Of a stretch of 64,000 nt of DNA, positions 38,582 through 50,000 are shown piece after piece (the first letter of the stretch is position 1; each line of letters opens with the position of its first letter). The notes below the pieces were generated by a model. It was not told where the DNA came from, made no database searches, and worked only from the letters and a program-made list of their open reading frames with translations. Made by a program: the position numbers and the translations under genes. This DNA is from Polyangiaceae bacterium. Its GTDB lineage: Bacteria; Myxococcota_A; Polyangia; Polyangiales; Polyangiaceae. The stretch is from contig JANRKO010000076.1 of the NCBI GenBank assembly GCA_033763455.1, forward strand, positions 18,836 to 82,835, in the 5' to 3' direction.

Positions 38582-40375
38582 ATGTTAAGGATGGCGCAGG
38601 ATGTTCCGAGCACAAGTCGGCGGCCTCCGCCCGTGCAGGTGCTTGGTGAGCGGCTCGGGGGAGGCAAGAGGCATCGCGCATTTCTTGAAGTTCGCAGCGA
38701 TGCGAACAACGAGCAAAGCGTGGTCGGCTTGGTGCCTGGCCGCCATGTGGTTGGGCGCAACGCGGATCTCCACATTCATCTTCCGCACCATAGCGTGTCT
38801 CGAATCCATGCCGAGTTCGTTTCCGATCCATCCGAACGCTGGTGGATTCATGACCTTGGGAGCACCAACGGCACCTACGTGAATGGAACGCCGATCGGGC
38901 AACGGCTGCTCAGTCCGGGTGACGTTATCGTGGTTGGCGAATACACCCTCCGCTACCGAGTTCCGTCCGAGGAGGGCCAGGACATCAATCGAACCATGCC
39001 GCCACCCGGCCTGGGTCATGACATGACCCCGGCTACCATGCGGTTCAGAGCTGTCAGCGAGACGGATTTGGCTGGCCTGAGACTGCTGACTGCCAGCGAA
39101 TTCGCGAGAGAGGTGATTGAGCTTGAGGACAAACGTGCGCGCCTGAAGCGCCTTTGCGAGTACATGATTGGGGACACGTTGAGTGGCTTGTGTGCTTGTG
39201 TTGCACGGCTCCGCCAGGGGGCCCGGCCGCAGATCCATACTGGCCCCTACAATCGGCCGCTGGTGGTCAGCGAGGGTTCGATGAGAACTCGGAGCCAGCT
39301 GGAAGATATGCTGGCGATTGACCAGGAAGAATTCTTTCGCCAGCCCAACGTTACCCACCCCCTCTCCACCAGAACGGGTGCGGCAGGCAGCATTCTCATC
39401 CTAGGCTGCACCATTGATGCGGTCGATGAGGGCTACGATGTGCTGTTTGTGGAGCTCCAGGGCTTCTGCATCGCCTCGGAATGGAGCCCTCTTCTGAGCT
39501 TGTTCGCCGATAGCTACCGTCAGGCCAATGTGGTCTGGGAAATGCGGCAGCATGCGCGGCTGACCGCCATGGTGGATCGCGAATTGGAAATGGCACGCCA
39601 GATCCAGGAAAGCCTCGTCCCCAAAGCGCCACATATCGAAGGCTTGGATCTTTCGATTGGGTTTGAGCCCTGCCAGTGGGTGGGGGGAGATTACGTGGAC
39701 GCCGTGCGACTGGCAGACGGTCGGGTGCTGCTCATCATGGCGGACGTTTGCGGCAAGGGCCTTCAAGCGTCGCTCATTGCTTCAAGCTTGCACACGTTTG
39801 TCCATGCGCTCTCGGATGCAGATCTACAGCTGCCGGAGCTCGTGGACAGGATGAATAAATATCTTTGCCACTACCTGCCGGAACACTCCTTCGTTACCGC
39901 GGTGTGCATTGCGTTCGATTCCAAGAGCGGTCGGCTTGAGTGCCTGAATGCCGGGCATCCGCCCGCTATCCTCGTCTCATCCACAGGTAGCGTTCGGTTC
40001 TTGCAGTCTGGCGACAACGTCGCCCTGGGCATGATGGAGGACATGCGGCCCGTCGCCGAAAGCTACGATATGGACTTTGGTGACGTCCTCTTACTTTACA
40101 CCGACGGCGTAACCGAAGCTGAGGATTCGAACCGAGCACCGTTGGGTGGGAACCGGATAGCGACTGAATTCGCGCGTATCGTGTCCGATCTTCCGGATGC
40201 CCCTGCCGATACCATGCAGCGTCGCCTTTCCCAGACGGTGACGATGCATCGCGGCTCCTCCATGGCGGCCGATGACACCACCTTGCTCATTGCCAGGCGC
40301 AGCCGCCCAAGCGGGGCGCCCCGCGCGAGCAACCAAGAAGGCCGTACCAGTCGGCCCCCACCCAAGCCGCTGTAG
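38582..40375 (+). CDS. FHA domain + SpoIIE/PP2C-type Ser/Thr phosphatase
   Basis: GR...SVSRIHA...DLGSTNGT; ARQIQ, VGGDYVD, ADVCGKG, NAGHPP, YTDGVTE, DDTT. Confidence 0.92.
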   Translation: MLRMAQDVPSTSRRPPPVQVLGERLGGGKRHRAFLEVRSDANNEQSVVGLVPGRHVVGRNADLHIHLPHHSVSRIHAEFVSDPSERWWIHDLGSTNGTYVNGTPIGQRLLSPGDVIVVGEYTLRYRVPSEEGQDINRTMPPPGLGHDMTPATMRFRAVSETDLAGLRLLTASEFAREVIELEDKRARLKRLCEYMIGDTLSGLCACVARLRQGARPQIHTGPYNRPLVVSEGSMRTRSQLEDMLAIDQEEFFRQPNVTHPLSTRTGAAGSILILGCTIDAVDEGYDVLFVELQGFCIASEWSPLLSLFADSYRQANVVWEMRQHARLTAMVDRELEMARQIQESLVPKAPHIEGLDLSIGFEPCQWVGGDYVDAVRLADGRVLLIMADVCGKGLQASLIASSLHTFVHALSDADLQLPELVDRMNKYLCHYLPEHSFVTAVCIAFDSKSGRLECLNAGHPPAILVSSTGSVRFLQSGDNVALGMMEDMRPVAESYDMDFGDVLLLYTDGVTEAEDSNRAPLGGNRIATEFARIVSDLPDAPADTMQRRLSQTVTMHRGSSMAADDTTLLIARRSRPSGAPRASNQEGRTSRPPPKPL

Positions 40376-40423
40376 CGAAATCGCGCGTGCGCACTGGAGC
40401 AGACACACCTAGGCTCCGTTTCC

Positions 40424-42133
40424 ATGTCGCCGCCGCCCTCTGAAGCCCCCTCCACCCACCCACCGCTGATCTCCGTGGTGACCTTGACCTGGAATAGCGC
40501 ACGCTACATCCCGGCAATGCTCGACACCTTGATTCGGGACGCCGAAAGGAGCGAGCTTTGCATCGAGGTGCTCTTCGTGGACAACGGCTCCACAGACGAA
40601 TCCCTCGTGCTGCTGGATCGTTACCAGCAACGCCACGATTTCATTCACGTCGTCCCGCTGAGCGAGAATCGCGGCACCACCGTCCCACGGAATATTGCGC
40701 TGCGCATGGCGCGGGGCAAATACGTTTTCATTCTGGACAGCGATACGGAAATTCCGGCGGGAGCGTTGCTCGGGCTGGTTCGCGCTGCAGAATCGTTAAC
40801 AGAAGTGGGCATTATCTGCCCCAGGCTCATTTATCCGTCCGGAGATTTTCAAGAATCCGCTCGGCGCTTCCCCACTCTCAAGACCAAGGCCTACCGCTTG
40901 TTGGGTATGGAGAAGCTCCGAAAGGAAGATGAAAGCGTCGGAGACGTGCTGGAAAGCAAGACGGTTCCAGTTGATTTTGCGATGTCAGCGGCGTGGTTCT
41001 TGCCGCGTAGCGTGCTGGAGCGCGTGGGCTTGCTCGACGAACGTATTTTTTATGCGCCCGAAGACGTTGAATATTGCGCACGTGTTTGGAAGAGCGGCCT
41101 CAAGGTTTGGTACTACCCAGACGTGAGCATCGTGCACAATTGGCAGCGCATCACCAACAAGAAGCCGCTATCACGCCTGGGCCTGAGCCACACCAAAGGC
41201 CTGATGCGCTACTTCTGGGAGTACGACTCATTTCTCCGGCGCCCCGCCGTCAACTCGAGCTCCCAGGCCGCGGCTGCACCTACTAGCGCCCAAGCCTCCG
41301 TTTCCGGAGGACCCAAGCCTGCATACCCCAAGGCCTCGTTTCGTGCCGCTCGAGAGCCACAGGGCAACGGCCTTCCTCCGCTTCGAATCCTATTCGTCAC
41401 CGAAGACGATCCGCTCTACGTGCTCAAGTTCTTTGAGGTCTTCTTCGCACAATACCCCAAGGATGAGTTTTCGATCGTCGGGGTAACGGTGGACGCCGCC
41501 TTCCACGAACCTCTCACGAAGACGGCCGAACGAATGTTGAAATTCTACGGGCCTGTCGACTTCGCTCGCATGGGATTGCGCTTTGCCGAAGCCAAAGCTG
41601 AAGGACGGTCCATCGCGGCGCTTGCGCGGGAAGCCTCCGTTCCCCTCGTACCCACTCGTTCCGTGAATAGTGACGAATACGTGGCACGCGTTCGAGCGCT
41701 CGCTCCGGACGTGCTCGTTTCAGTAGCTGCGCCGGAGATATTCAAAGAACCGATCCTGAGCGTCCCCCGGCTCGGTTGTATCAACATTCACTCTGGCCGC
41801 CTCCCCGTTTACCGTGGCATGATGCCTAATTTTTGGCAGATGCGTCATGGTGAAACCTCCGCAACCATTACCGTACACGAGATGGTTCCAAAGATAGATG
41901 CCGGGAGGATCTTGGCCACTTTGGATTTTCCCCTCCGCGAGCGTGACACCTTGGATCGCGTCATCACGGAGACGAAGCGCGAGGGTGCACTTCTCATGAT
42001 GGATGTGCTGCGAAAGCTCCGTGCCGGTAGCCTCACCCCGACACCGATAGACATGTCGACGAAGAAGTACTTCTCTTTTCCTAAGCCCGAAGACGTTTCC
42101 GCGTTCCGGGCGCGGGGGCACAGGCTCCTATGA
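40424..42133 (+). CDS. GT2 glycosyltransferase - formyltransferase fusion
   Basis: N-domain VDNGSTD, LDSD, EDVEY; Ala/Ser/Pro linker; C-domain [18 protein letters not shown]...IDAG. Confidence 0.88.
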   Translation: MSPPPSEAPSTHPPLISVVTLTWNSARYIPAMLDTLIRDAERSELCIEVLFVDNGSTDESLVLLDRYQQRHDFIHVVPLSENRGTTVPRNIALRMARGKYVFILDSDTEIPAGALLGLVRAAESLTEVGIICPRLIYPSGDFQESARRFPTLKTKAYRLLGMEKLRKEDESVGDVLESKTVPVDFAMSAAWFLPRSVLERVGLLDERIFYAPEDVEYCARVWKSGLKVWYYPDVSIVHNWQRITNKKPLSRLGLSHTKGLMRYFWEYDSFLRRPAVNSSSQAAAAPTSAQASVSGGPKPAYPKASFRAAREPQGNGLPPLRILFVTEDDPLYVLKFFEVFFAQYPKDEFSIVGVTVDAAFHEPLTKTAERMLKFYGPVDFARMGLRFAEAKAEGRSIAALAREASVPLVPTRSVNSDEYVARVRALAPDVLVSVAAPEIFKEPILSVPRLGCINIHSGRLPVYRGMMPNFWQMRHGETSATITVHEMVPKIDAGRILATLDFPLRERDTLDRVITETKREGALLMMDVLRKLRAGSLTPTPIDMSTKKYFSFPKPEDVSAFRARGHRLL

Positions 42134-42978
42134 CCGCTTTTTCCCCCACCGCCGCCCGCCTCGCCCTTTCGATCGACGTCGAGGATTGGTTTCAGGTCGA
42201 AAATCTACGTGCGGCAGTGCCAGCTTCCAGCTGGTCCCAACGGGAATTGCGTGTTGAACAAAACACAGCTCGGATGTTGCAAGCGCTCTCCGAACAGAAT
42301 GTGCGCGGTACCTTTTTCGTGTTGGGCTGGGTTGCGGAGCGTTGCCCCGAGCTCGTACGTCGCATCGTAGCGTCCGGCCACGAGTTGGGCTGTCATGGCT
42401 ACGGGCACGACCTGTTGAACAAACTCACGCCGGACGCATTTCGGGAAGACCTAAAGCGTGCCAAGGGCCTGCTGGAGGAGCACACAGGCTCGCGCGTGCT
42501 CGGCTATCGCGCGCCCAGCTTTTCCATCACCGATTGGGCCATTGATGTGTTGAAGGAGGAGGGGTTTGCTTATGATTCCTCTGCCTTCGCGACAGTGGCT
42601 CATGATCGTTACGGAAAGCTGCAAGGCTTGGAGCGAGGGGAACCGATTACCGAGCTTCGGGACGATTTCTACGAGGTCTCTATCTCCAGCTTGAACGTAT
42701 TCGGACACAGCTTGCCCTGGGGAGGTGGAGGTTACTTTCGACTCCTTCCGTACGCAGTGTTCAAGACTGGCATTCGCGAGATCCTGCGGCGAGGCGACCC
42801 TTACATTTTCTATATCCATCCGTGGGAGATTGATCCGGCTCAACCGCGCGTCCAGGTGAGAGCAAGCTACGCGTTTCGCCACTACCTCAATTTGGATCGC
42901 TGCTTCGCTCGCTTCCAGGCGCTGCTCTCTGACTTTCGCTGGGGTACCATCCGAGAGCTCCTGCCGGCCGAGCGTTAG
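42130..42978 (+). CDS. polysaccharide deacetylase, exosortase-A/PEP-CTERM-locus type (DUF3473)
   Basis: [53 protein letters not shown] overlap. Confidence 0.92.
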   Translation: MTAFSPTAARLALSIDVEDWFQVENLRAAVPASSWSQRELRVEQNTARMLQALSEQNVRGTFFVLGWVAERCPELVRRIVASGHELGCHGYGHDLLNKLTPDAFREDLKRAKGLLEEHTGSRVLGYRAPSFSITDWAIDVLKEEGFAYDSSAFATVAHDRYGKLQGLERGEPITELRDDFYEVSISSLNVFGHSLPWGGGGYFRLLPYAVFKTGIREILRRGDPYIFYIHPWEIDPAQPRVQVRASYAFRHYLNLDRCFARFQALLSDFRWGTIRELLPAER

Positions 42979-43047
42979 CCCCCCATTAGCCCCCCGAGCT
43001 TGCTTGACACCCCCCCCACTTTCCGTTCACATCACGCCAATTCTCGC

Positions 43048-43794
43048 ATGCCTGCCGACTCGGTCAAACGCCTGCTCCGCCCCATCTTAAGGCGGCTGCC
43101 GTATGCAACCGTGGAGCCGGGCCCCTTGCTGCGCCCCTTGTACGCCAGCCTTTTTCGCGCGCAGTGGGTATCGCGTGAGCTTTTGGAATGGGCCGAGCGC
43201 GCCCTAATTGCAACTCCAGCTTTCCTGGCTCGCTGTGCGTCACACGGTACGGACATCACCTGTGACAGGCTTCCGTACTTGATTGGTAACGTGTCCATCT
43301 ATCTGGGTAGCCAGATACGGATCTCCGGCAAACTCGATATTATCAGTCCCCATTCGGGTGCACCGGTATTGAGGATCGGCAACGGAGTATTCATTGGGCA
43401 TGGAACGGCACTCAGTGTCGCGCGTTCCGTCGAAATCGGGGACTACGTGTCGATTGGCGCCGGCTCCTCGATCGCGGATACCGAAGGCCACAACACCTAC
43501 AATCCCATGCGCCCCATTTGGGAGGTGCCAGCGGGCCCCGACGATGTGGAGTCTGTTGTCATTGAAGATAATGTGCAAATCGGCAAGAAGGTAACGATTC
43601 TCAAGGGTGTGCGCATCGGTGCTCGTTCAGTGATTGGTGCAGGCGCCGTAGTTCGCAGCAATATTCCCGCCGATTCGGTGGTTATGGGGAATCCGGGGCG
43701 CGTCGTTCGCAGCCTGAAGCCCGCCGCTAGCCAATCTTCCCCAAATCTTGCGGCAACATCGGGGGAAGCCGCCGCTAAGGAGGCACTGTCATGA
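43048..43794 (+). CDS. left-handed beta-helix (hexapeptide) acyltransferase
   Basis: IGNGVFIG, VEIGDYVSIG, VIEDNVQIG, ILKGVRIG, GAGAVV, GNPGR. Confidence 0.9.
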   Translation: MPADSVKRLLRPILRRLPYATVEPGPLLRPLYASLFRAQWVSRELLEWAERALIATPAFLARCASHGTDITCDRLPYLIGNVSIYLGSQIRISGKLDIISPHSGAPVLRIGNGVFIGHGTALSVARSVEIGDYVSIGAGSSIADTEGHNTYNPMRPIWEVPAGPDDVESVVIEDNVQIGKKVTILKGVRIGARSVIGAGAVVRSNIPADSVVMGNPGRVVRSLKPAASQSSPNLAATSGEAAAKEALS

Positions 43795-45038
43795 TGAATT
43801 GGGGCGCGCACGATCTCACCAACATCGCCGAAAAATACGGTACTCCGTATTACCTCTACGACCTTGATGCCGCTCGGGTGCACCTGGCTGCCCTGCGCGA
43901 GCATCTACCCGGAAACGTGGAGGTGCTTTACTGCGTGAAGGCCAACCCCAACCCCCGCATCATCACGGCTTTTCAAGAGCTGGTGCCAGGCCTGGATATC
44001 TCATCCGGTGGCGAAGTGGAGCTGGCTTGCGCGGCTGGCTGGTCGCCCAGCAAGATGAGTTTTGCGGGTCCCGGAAAAACCGAGAGCGAGCTGCGGTTAT
44101 CTATTAGCCGTGGGCTTGGCTCTATCAGCATTGAGTCGGTTACCGAGCTCAATCGAATCTCCGCGCTCGCGCTGGAGCAGAAGCGCACTGTGCGTTGCCT
44201 GTTGCGCATTAATCCAGCAAGCGCGCCCAAGGGCTTTGCGATGAAAATGGGGGGCCTGGCTTCTCAATTCGGTGTTCAGGAGGAAGATAGCGCAGCCGTC
44301 TTCAAGCAGGCTCTCAATGCTCCTGGGATCAAGCTTGCAGGCATTCACATCTTTTCTGGCACGCAATGTCTAGAGCTTCCAGCTCTGGTGGAGAATGTCG
44401 AGCAAACGCTGGGAATAGCCGCAAGCTTAGCTACGGCCAATAACGTGACGCTTGAGGAGATCAATCTCGGGGGTGGCATTGGCGTCGCGTATTTCCCCGG
44501 CCAAGAAGATCTCTCCCCCACACAGGTATCGCGCGCCCTTGCAGACTCCATTCTTGCTTTTAGAACTAGGCACCCGCGCTTTGTGCAAACCAAGATTGTG
44601 GTGGAGCTTGGGCGCTACCTAATCGCACGTTTTGGCGTCTACGTGACGCGAGTGGTGGATGCCAAGCTCACGCGCGACCGTCGGTTTGTGATCATGGACG
44701 GCGGCATGAATCACTGTTTCCCAGCGACGGGCAACTTTGGCCAGCTGGTTAAGAAGAACTACCCTGTCGAGAACCTTTCTCGCTCCGTAGCAGAGAACGA
44801 ATGGGTGCCCCAGGAGCTCGTGGGCCCACTGTGTACGCCCCTGGATTCAATGGCACGCAACGTCGCTTTGCCGCTCTGCGAGACGGGTGACCTCATCGCC
44901 GTCAAGAATTGCGGAGCGTACTCCTTCAGTGCGAGCCCGTTGATGTTTCTGAGCCACGCCACGCCGCTTGAGTTGCTCTCCTTCAAAGGTGAGCTGAGCG
45001 TGGCCAGACGCCGTATCCTCGCCAGCGAGTTTGTTTGA
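43791..45038 (+). CDS. fold-type III PLP-dependent decarboxylase (exosortase-A-associated type)
   Basis: YCVKANP, FAGPGK, HIFSGTQ, ELGRY, DGGMNH, GPLCTPLD, GAYSFSASP. Confidence 0.88.
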   Translation: MMNWGAHDLTNIAEKYGTPYYLYDLDAARVHLAALREHLPGNVEVLYCVKANPNPRIITAFQELVPGLDISSGGEVELACAAGWSPSKMSFAGPGKTESELRLSISRGLGSISIESVTELNRISALALEQKRTVRCLLRINPASAPKGFAMKMGGLASQFGVQEEDSAAVFKQALNAPGIKLAGIHIFSGTQCLELPALVENVEQTLGIAASLATANNVTLEEINLGGGIGVAYFPGQEDLSPTQVSRALADSILAFRTRHPRFVQTKIVVELGRYLIARFGVYVTRVVDAKLTRDRRFVIMDGGMNHCFPATGNFGQLVKKNYPVENLSRSVAENEWVPQELVGPLCTPLDSMARNVALPLCETGDLIAVKNCGAYSFSASPLMFLSHATPLELLSFKGELSVARRRILASEFV

Positions 45039-45100
45039 GCTTTCGTTTAGATTTGCCTCAAATCCCCACTTACCACATTGTTGTTCAGGACCCCCGCACC

Positions 45101-45361
45101 ATGAATGAATCTGAAGTCCGCCGTAGAGTTCGGCAGTTCATCGAGAGCACCTTCCTCGGAGAGATGGACCCCTCTGAGCTCCAGGATGATTCTTCCCTGG
45201 AGCAGCTGCACCTGGTAGATTCCATGCGCTCCATGGATTTGATCCTCTTCGTTGAGGAAACGTTCGGCGTCACGGTCGAAAACGACGAGGCGCTGCCCGA
45301 GAATTTTGACAGCGTTAGCAACGTTGTTGGGTTTGTAACAAGGAAGCGCGCCGGAGGCTGA
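45101..45361 (+). CDS. stand-alone acyl/aminoacyl carrier protein (DltC-like)
   Basis: VDSM (Ppant Ser), FVEETFGV, PENFDS. Confidence 0.9.
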   Translation: MNESEVRRRVRQFIESTFLGEMDPSELQDDSSLEQLHLVDSMRSMDLILFVEETFGVTVENDEALPENFDSVSNVVGFVTRKRAGG

Positions 45362-45363
45362 AC

Positions 45364-46950
45364 ATGCTCGTAAGTCAAGTCACGCTGCTGCAGGAATACC
45401 TGGAACGGAACGCCGCCAAGTACGCGGCGAAGACGGCGCTTGTCTTCAAGCAAGAGCGGTTGACTTGGGGTGAGGTGAACGAAGCTGCCGATAGGCTTGC
45501 CAATTGCTTGCGGGCAGCGGGGGTCGAGCGTGGTGATCGCGTCGTTATATACCTCGACAACGGCGTCCAATCGGCTGTTTCCATCTTCGGTGTGCTCAAG
45601 GCAGGTGCCGTTTTCAGCGTCGTGAACTCGCAAACTAAGAGCGACAAGCTGCTCTACATGCTGAATGATTGCCGAGCCAAGGCACTCATTACTAGCAAGT
45701 ACCTTTCACGCACCTACGCGGAAGTGCTGCCTGACGCGCCGCACTTGAAAGTTGCCTTCATCGCTGAGTCTGAGACGGACATCGCGCACGTGCGGGTCAT
45801 GGAGTACCAAGCTGCACTTGCGGCCGCTTCGAGCCTCCCTTTGCCGGTGCGCTCGATTACTGTGGATCTAGCCGCCATCATCTATACGTCGGGCTCCACG
45901 GGCGATCCGAAGGGCGTGATGCTCACGCACCAAAACATGGTGGCCGCCGCGGAGTCCATCACGACGTACGTTCGAAATGTCCATGACGACGTGGTAGTGA
46001 ACGTGTTGCCGATGTCGTTCGACTATGGCTTGTACCAGTGGCTGATGGTGAACCAATTTGGCGGCACGTTGGTGTTGGATAGCTCGTTCAACTACCCAGC
46101 CGCGGTGCTGAAGGTAATAGCGGAGGAGCAGGTCACCGGGCTTCCCGTGGTGCCCACGATCGCTTCGCTGTTGGCGCAGTTCGCCCAAACTGGCACCACG
46201 CTTCCTGGGGTGCGCTACGTCACGAACACCGCCGCAGCCCTCAGCCCAACGCACATCGAAGTGCTGAAGAAGGTGTGCCCCAATGCTCGCATCTACAGCA
46301 TGTACGGCCTCACCGAGTGCAAGCGGGTGTGTTACTTGCCACCCGAAGATCTTGATCGGAAGCCGGATTCGGTGGGGCGCGCGATGCCCAACATGGAAAC
46401 ATTCGTACTCGACCCTGAAACACAGCAGGAAATGCCACGTGGTGAGGTGGGTGAGTTGGTGGTGCGGGGTCCGCAGGTCATGAAAGGCTACTGGGAAAAG
46501 CCTGAGGTAACCGCGAATTGGCTCAAGCCCGGAAAGATCCCAGGCGAGAGTTGGCTGTGGACGGGTGATTTCTTCAAGATGGACGAAGAGGGGTACCTCT
46601 ATTTCGTCTCTCGCAAGGACGACATCATCAAGAGCCGCGGCGAGAAGGTCAGCCCCAAAGAAGTGGAGAACGCGCTCTATGCACTTGCAGGAGTGCAAGA
46701 TGCGGCGGTTATCGGAACACCAGACCCCGTTTTCGGCGAAGCTATCCGGGCATTCTTGGTGCTTTCACCGGGCGTCTCGTATACCAAGCAGCAAGTTATC
46801 TCTCATTGCGGCGCTCGGCTCGAAGGCTTCATGGTGCCGAAGTACGTTACCTTCCTCACCGAAATGCAGAAGACCACGAGCGGCAAAATCACCAAGAAGG
46901 ATCTTGTGGGCTACGCGCGCGAACACTTTTCGGCTGGCGACGAAGTTTAG
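45364..46950 (+). CDS. AMP-forming acyl/aminoacyl ligase
   Basis: YTSGSTGDPKG, SFDYGLYQ, MYGLTE, TGD, SRKDDIIK, TTSGK. Confidence 0.92.
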   Translation: MLVSQVTLLQEYLERNAAKYAAKTALVFKQERLTWGEVNEAADRLANCLRAAGVERGDRVVIYLDNGVQSAVSIFGVLKAGAVFSVVNSQTKSDKLLYMLNDCRAKALITSKYLSRTYAEVLPDAPHLKVAFIAESETDIAHVRVMEYQAALAAASSLPLPVRSITVDLAAIIYTSGSTGDPKGVMLTHQNMVAAAESITTYVRNVHDDVVVNVLPMSFDYGLYQWLMVNQFGGTLVLDSSFNYPAAVLKVIAEEQVTGLPVVPTIASLLAQFAQTGTTLPGVRYVTNTAAALSPTHIEVLKKVCPNARIYSMYGLTECKRVCYLPPEDLDRKPDSVGRAMPNMETFVLDPETQQEMPRGEVGELVVRGPQVMKGYWEKPEVTANWLKPGKIPGESWLWTGDFFKMDEEGYLYFVSRKDDIIKSRGEKVSPKEVENALYALAGVQDAAVIGTPDPVFGEAIRAFLVLSPGVSYTKQQVISHCGARLEGFMVPKYVTFLTEMQKTTSGKITKKDLVGYAREHFSAGDEV

Positions 46951-47051
46951 TTCACTCTCGCACGGCAGTGGCCTGGACGGGCTCGTGGTACGAATCGCCG
47001 AGACGTTCGGTCGGGGAGCACGAAGGCCTGAAGGCGCCTTAACCGAGGGCC

Positions 47052-50000
47052 TCAGAAAACTACTTCGCTCATGCCTGCCTGGCGCGCGGTGGGGGTTCGC
47101 TCTTGAGAGCGTGCCTCCACACGTTTAGCGAGTTCAGCGATTGTGGGTGATTCGAAAACATCGCGGAGTGAGAGCCGGCTGCGACCCGCGGCCGACACCT
47201 TGCTGAGCATGCGCATCGCCAACAGCGAATGGCCGCCCAAATCGAAGAAATCATCGTGAATGCCCACGGCTGGCTTCTGCAGCACGTCCCGCCAAATCTC
47301 CGCGAGCCAGCGCTCAGTCTCCGTTGTGGGGGCTACCATCTCGACGTCGAGCTGGCGTTCCCGTGGGCTCGGAGCCGGTAGCTGCGCGATGTCTATCTTG
47401 CCGCTCGGCAAGCGCACAAGCTCGGCGAGTAGCACGAAATGTTGAGGAACCATGGCCGTTGGAAGCCTTTCCCGCAGCTTCACCCGCAGTGACTGAGCGC
47501 TCACCACTTCTCCGGGTTTCGGCACAACGTAAGCGATCAGCTCGGGGCCCAAACCTTCGAGCTCTCGCACGAGCACCGCACACTCGCCGACCAGCTCTGA
47601 GGCAAGCAGCGTCGACTCAATCTCGCCGAGCTCCACACGCAGCCCTCGCAGCTTCACCTGGCTATCGGTGCGACCCACAAATTCCAGCGCTCCCGAAGCC
47701 CGGCGCCTGACGCGGTCACCGGTCTTGTAAAGACGGGCCCCGGGAACCTGCGAAAAAGGGTCAGGGAGCAAGCGTTCACGCGTCCACTCGGGGTGGTTGA
47801 CGTACCCCCGAAATAGCTGGGGGCCACCGAGGTACAGCTCTCCGACCACCCCGATCGGCACCGGCTCCAGCTTTGGCCCAAGTACGTACGCCGTGCAGTT
47901 CGCAAGCGGCGAGCCGATGAGCACGCGTTCGGGCTCGGTATTGGGCTCCCAGGTCCAGGCTACTGCATTTACGGTGGCCTCTGTCGGCCCGTACAGGTTG
48001 ACGAGCGGAATGCCGAGCGTGTCGACGCACTTCTTTCCGACTGCGTAGGGAAGCTGTTCGCCGCCGCACTGGAAGCGGCGCAGGCTCCGGCACTCGCTCA
48101 GCCGGGGATGTTCGGAAAACCCCTTGAGTACGGCGGGCACCGTATCGAGCACGGTGATCTGGTTGCGAATGACCGCTTCGAACAGCGCTTCGGCATCGCC
48201 GTCAAGTGGCCGTTCGGGAACGACGAGCTCCGCGCCCGAACACAAGGTGCCGAAAATTTCCCACACCGAGGGATCGAAATTGAGGCTGTACTGTTGCAGC
48301 ACGCGATCCCCTGGTTGGAGGGGACAGACGAGGCTCATGGCGTGGAGCAAGTGCGCCACCGCCGCGTGAGTGATCTCGACTCCCTTCGGGCGACCCGTGG
48401 AGCCCGAGGTGAAAAGCACGTAAGCCACCGCTTCGAGTGAAGGCCCACTCGAGATGGGATCGGTGGAAGTGCGGTCGAGCGCTGCTTGATGCTCGGCCAA
48501 CGTCACCACGCGCGCTCCTGCGAAGTTGGGGGTCGGTTGCGCCACTGAGTCCGCGGTTGCCTGCAGTTGCAGCACCACGCTCACACCGCTTTCCTTCGCC
48601 ATCCACTCGAGGCGTTCCTCGGGATAGTCGGGATCGAGTGGAAGATAGGCGGCTCCAGCCTTGAGGATGCCGAGCAATACCGAATACAGGGCGGGCTCGC
48701 GCGGCATGTAGACGCCAACGGTGCTTCCAGCGCTTACGCCAAAGTTGCCCAGCCAACGCGCGATTTGATTAGCCCTGGCGTTGAGGGCGGCATAAGAAAC
48801 CTGGCCGTCGTGGGTCATCAACGCGGGTGCATCGGGAGTGCGCTCCGCTTGTTGCTCGAACAGGTGACTCACCGGGCCGAGCTCGGGAACAACGACGCCA
48901 GTCGCGTTCCATTCGCTCTCCGAAGTTTGCTCAGCAACGCTGCCGAGCGGGATCTGTTGGATCGGGAGGTGCGTGTTCTGAACCAGATCCGAGATGAGCG
49001 CCTCATAATGCGCCATCCAGCGCCGTGCGGTTTCAGGATCGATCAGATCTAGGTTGTGGTCGCATTCCAGGAGGAGCGCGCCATCCGTTTCGATGACGTT
49101 CAATGAGAGGTCAAGCATCGCGTAGTCACGCGGCGTCGAGACGTATTCAGCCTTGAGGCCCCGGAATTCGAGCCCTGGCAGCGCTGGATCCACGTTGAAA
49201 TCTACCGAGATGAGAGTGGGGCGAGCTGGATCCCGATCTACGCTCACGTGTTTGAGGAGCGTGCCGAGGGTGAAATCCTGATGCTCGTTTGAATCCAGGA
49301 GTTGCTGTTTGATTCTTAGCAGAAGATTCGCTAAATTTTCTGCTGGATCGAGTTGGATACGCAGGGGTAGGTAGTTCACGCAGTGTGCGATGAGGTCATT
49401 GGCGCCCAGTTGTGCTTGGCCCGCTGCCGGGATCCCGATCGCGAGATCGCTCTGCCCGGTGAGGCGATGCATCAGCACCGAAAAAGCGCTGAGTAGCACG
49501 GAAAATAGCGTGCATTTCTCTGCCTTGGCGTATTCCTTGAGTCGATTGCCCACCGAGCGGTCGATAGTTTTGGCGTGCCGCATCGAGCGGAACGTCTTCC
49601 GTGCTGGCCGGGGCCTATCGAAGGGCAGCTCGATGGGAGCTGGCACCGTAGAATACTGGTGGATCCAGAAGGCTTGGCTCTCCTTCGCTTCAGCCGATTG
49701 AGCGTGCTCACGTTCCCACTCGGTGTAGTCCGCCAACTGGCGAGGTGGGCTCAATTGAGAGGAGCGACCCGTCAGGTTCGACGTGTACAGCTGGCTGAGG
49801 TCATGAATCAGGATCGAAATCGACCAACCGTCGCAGACAATGTGGTGCACGGTGACCAACAGCTCATGATCGTCCGGGGCAAGCTTGATAAGCGTCGCCC
49901 GCACCAAAGGGCCGCGCGTGAGGTCGAACGGCGTGCGGCTATCTTCCCGGTAGAAATCCGAACGCGCCTGTTCGCGCTCGCTTTCCGACAATGCCGATAG

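Noticed and set aside
43791..45038. lysA (diaminopimelate decarboxylase)
   Set aside because: Same fold, but the HIFSGTQ and GPLCTPLD motifs and the ACP/ligase context fit the EPS-associated subfamily better.
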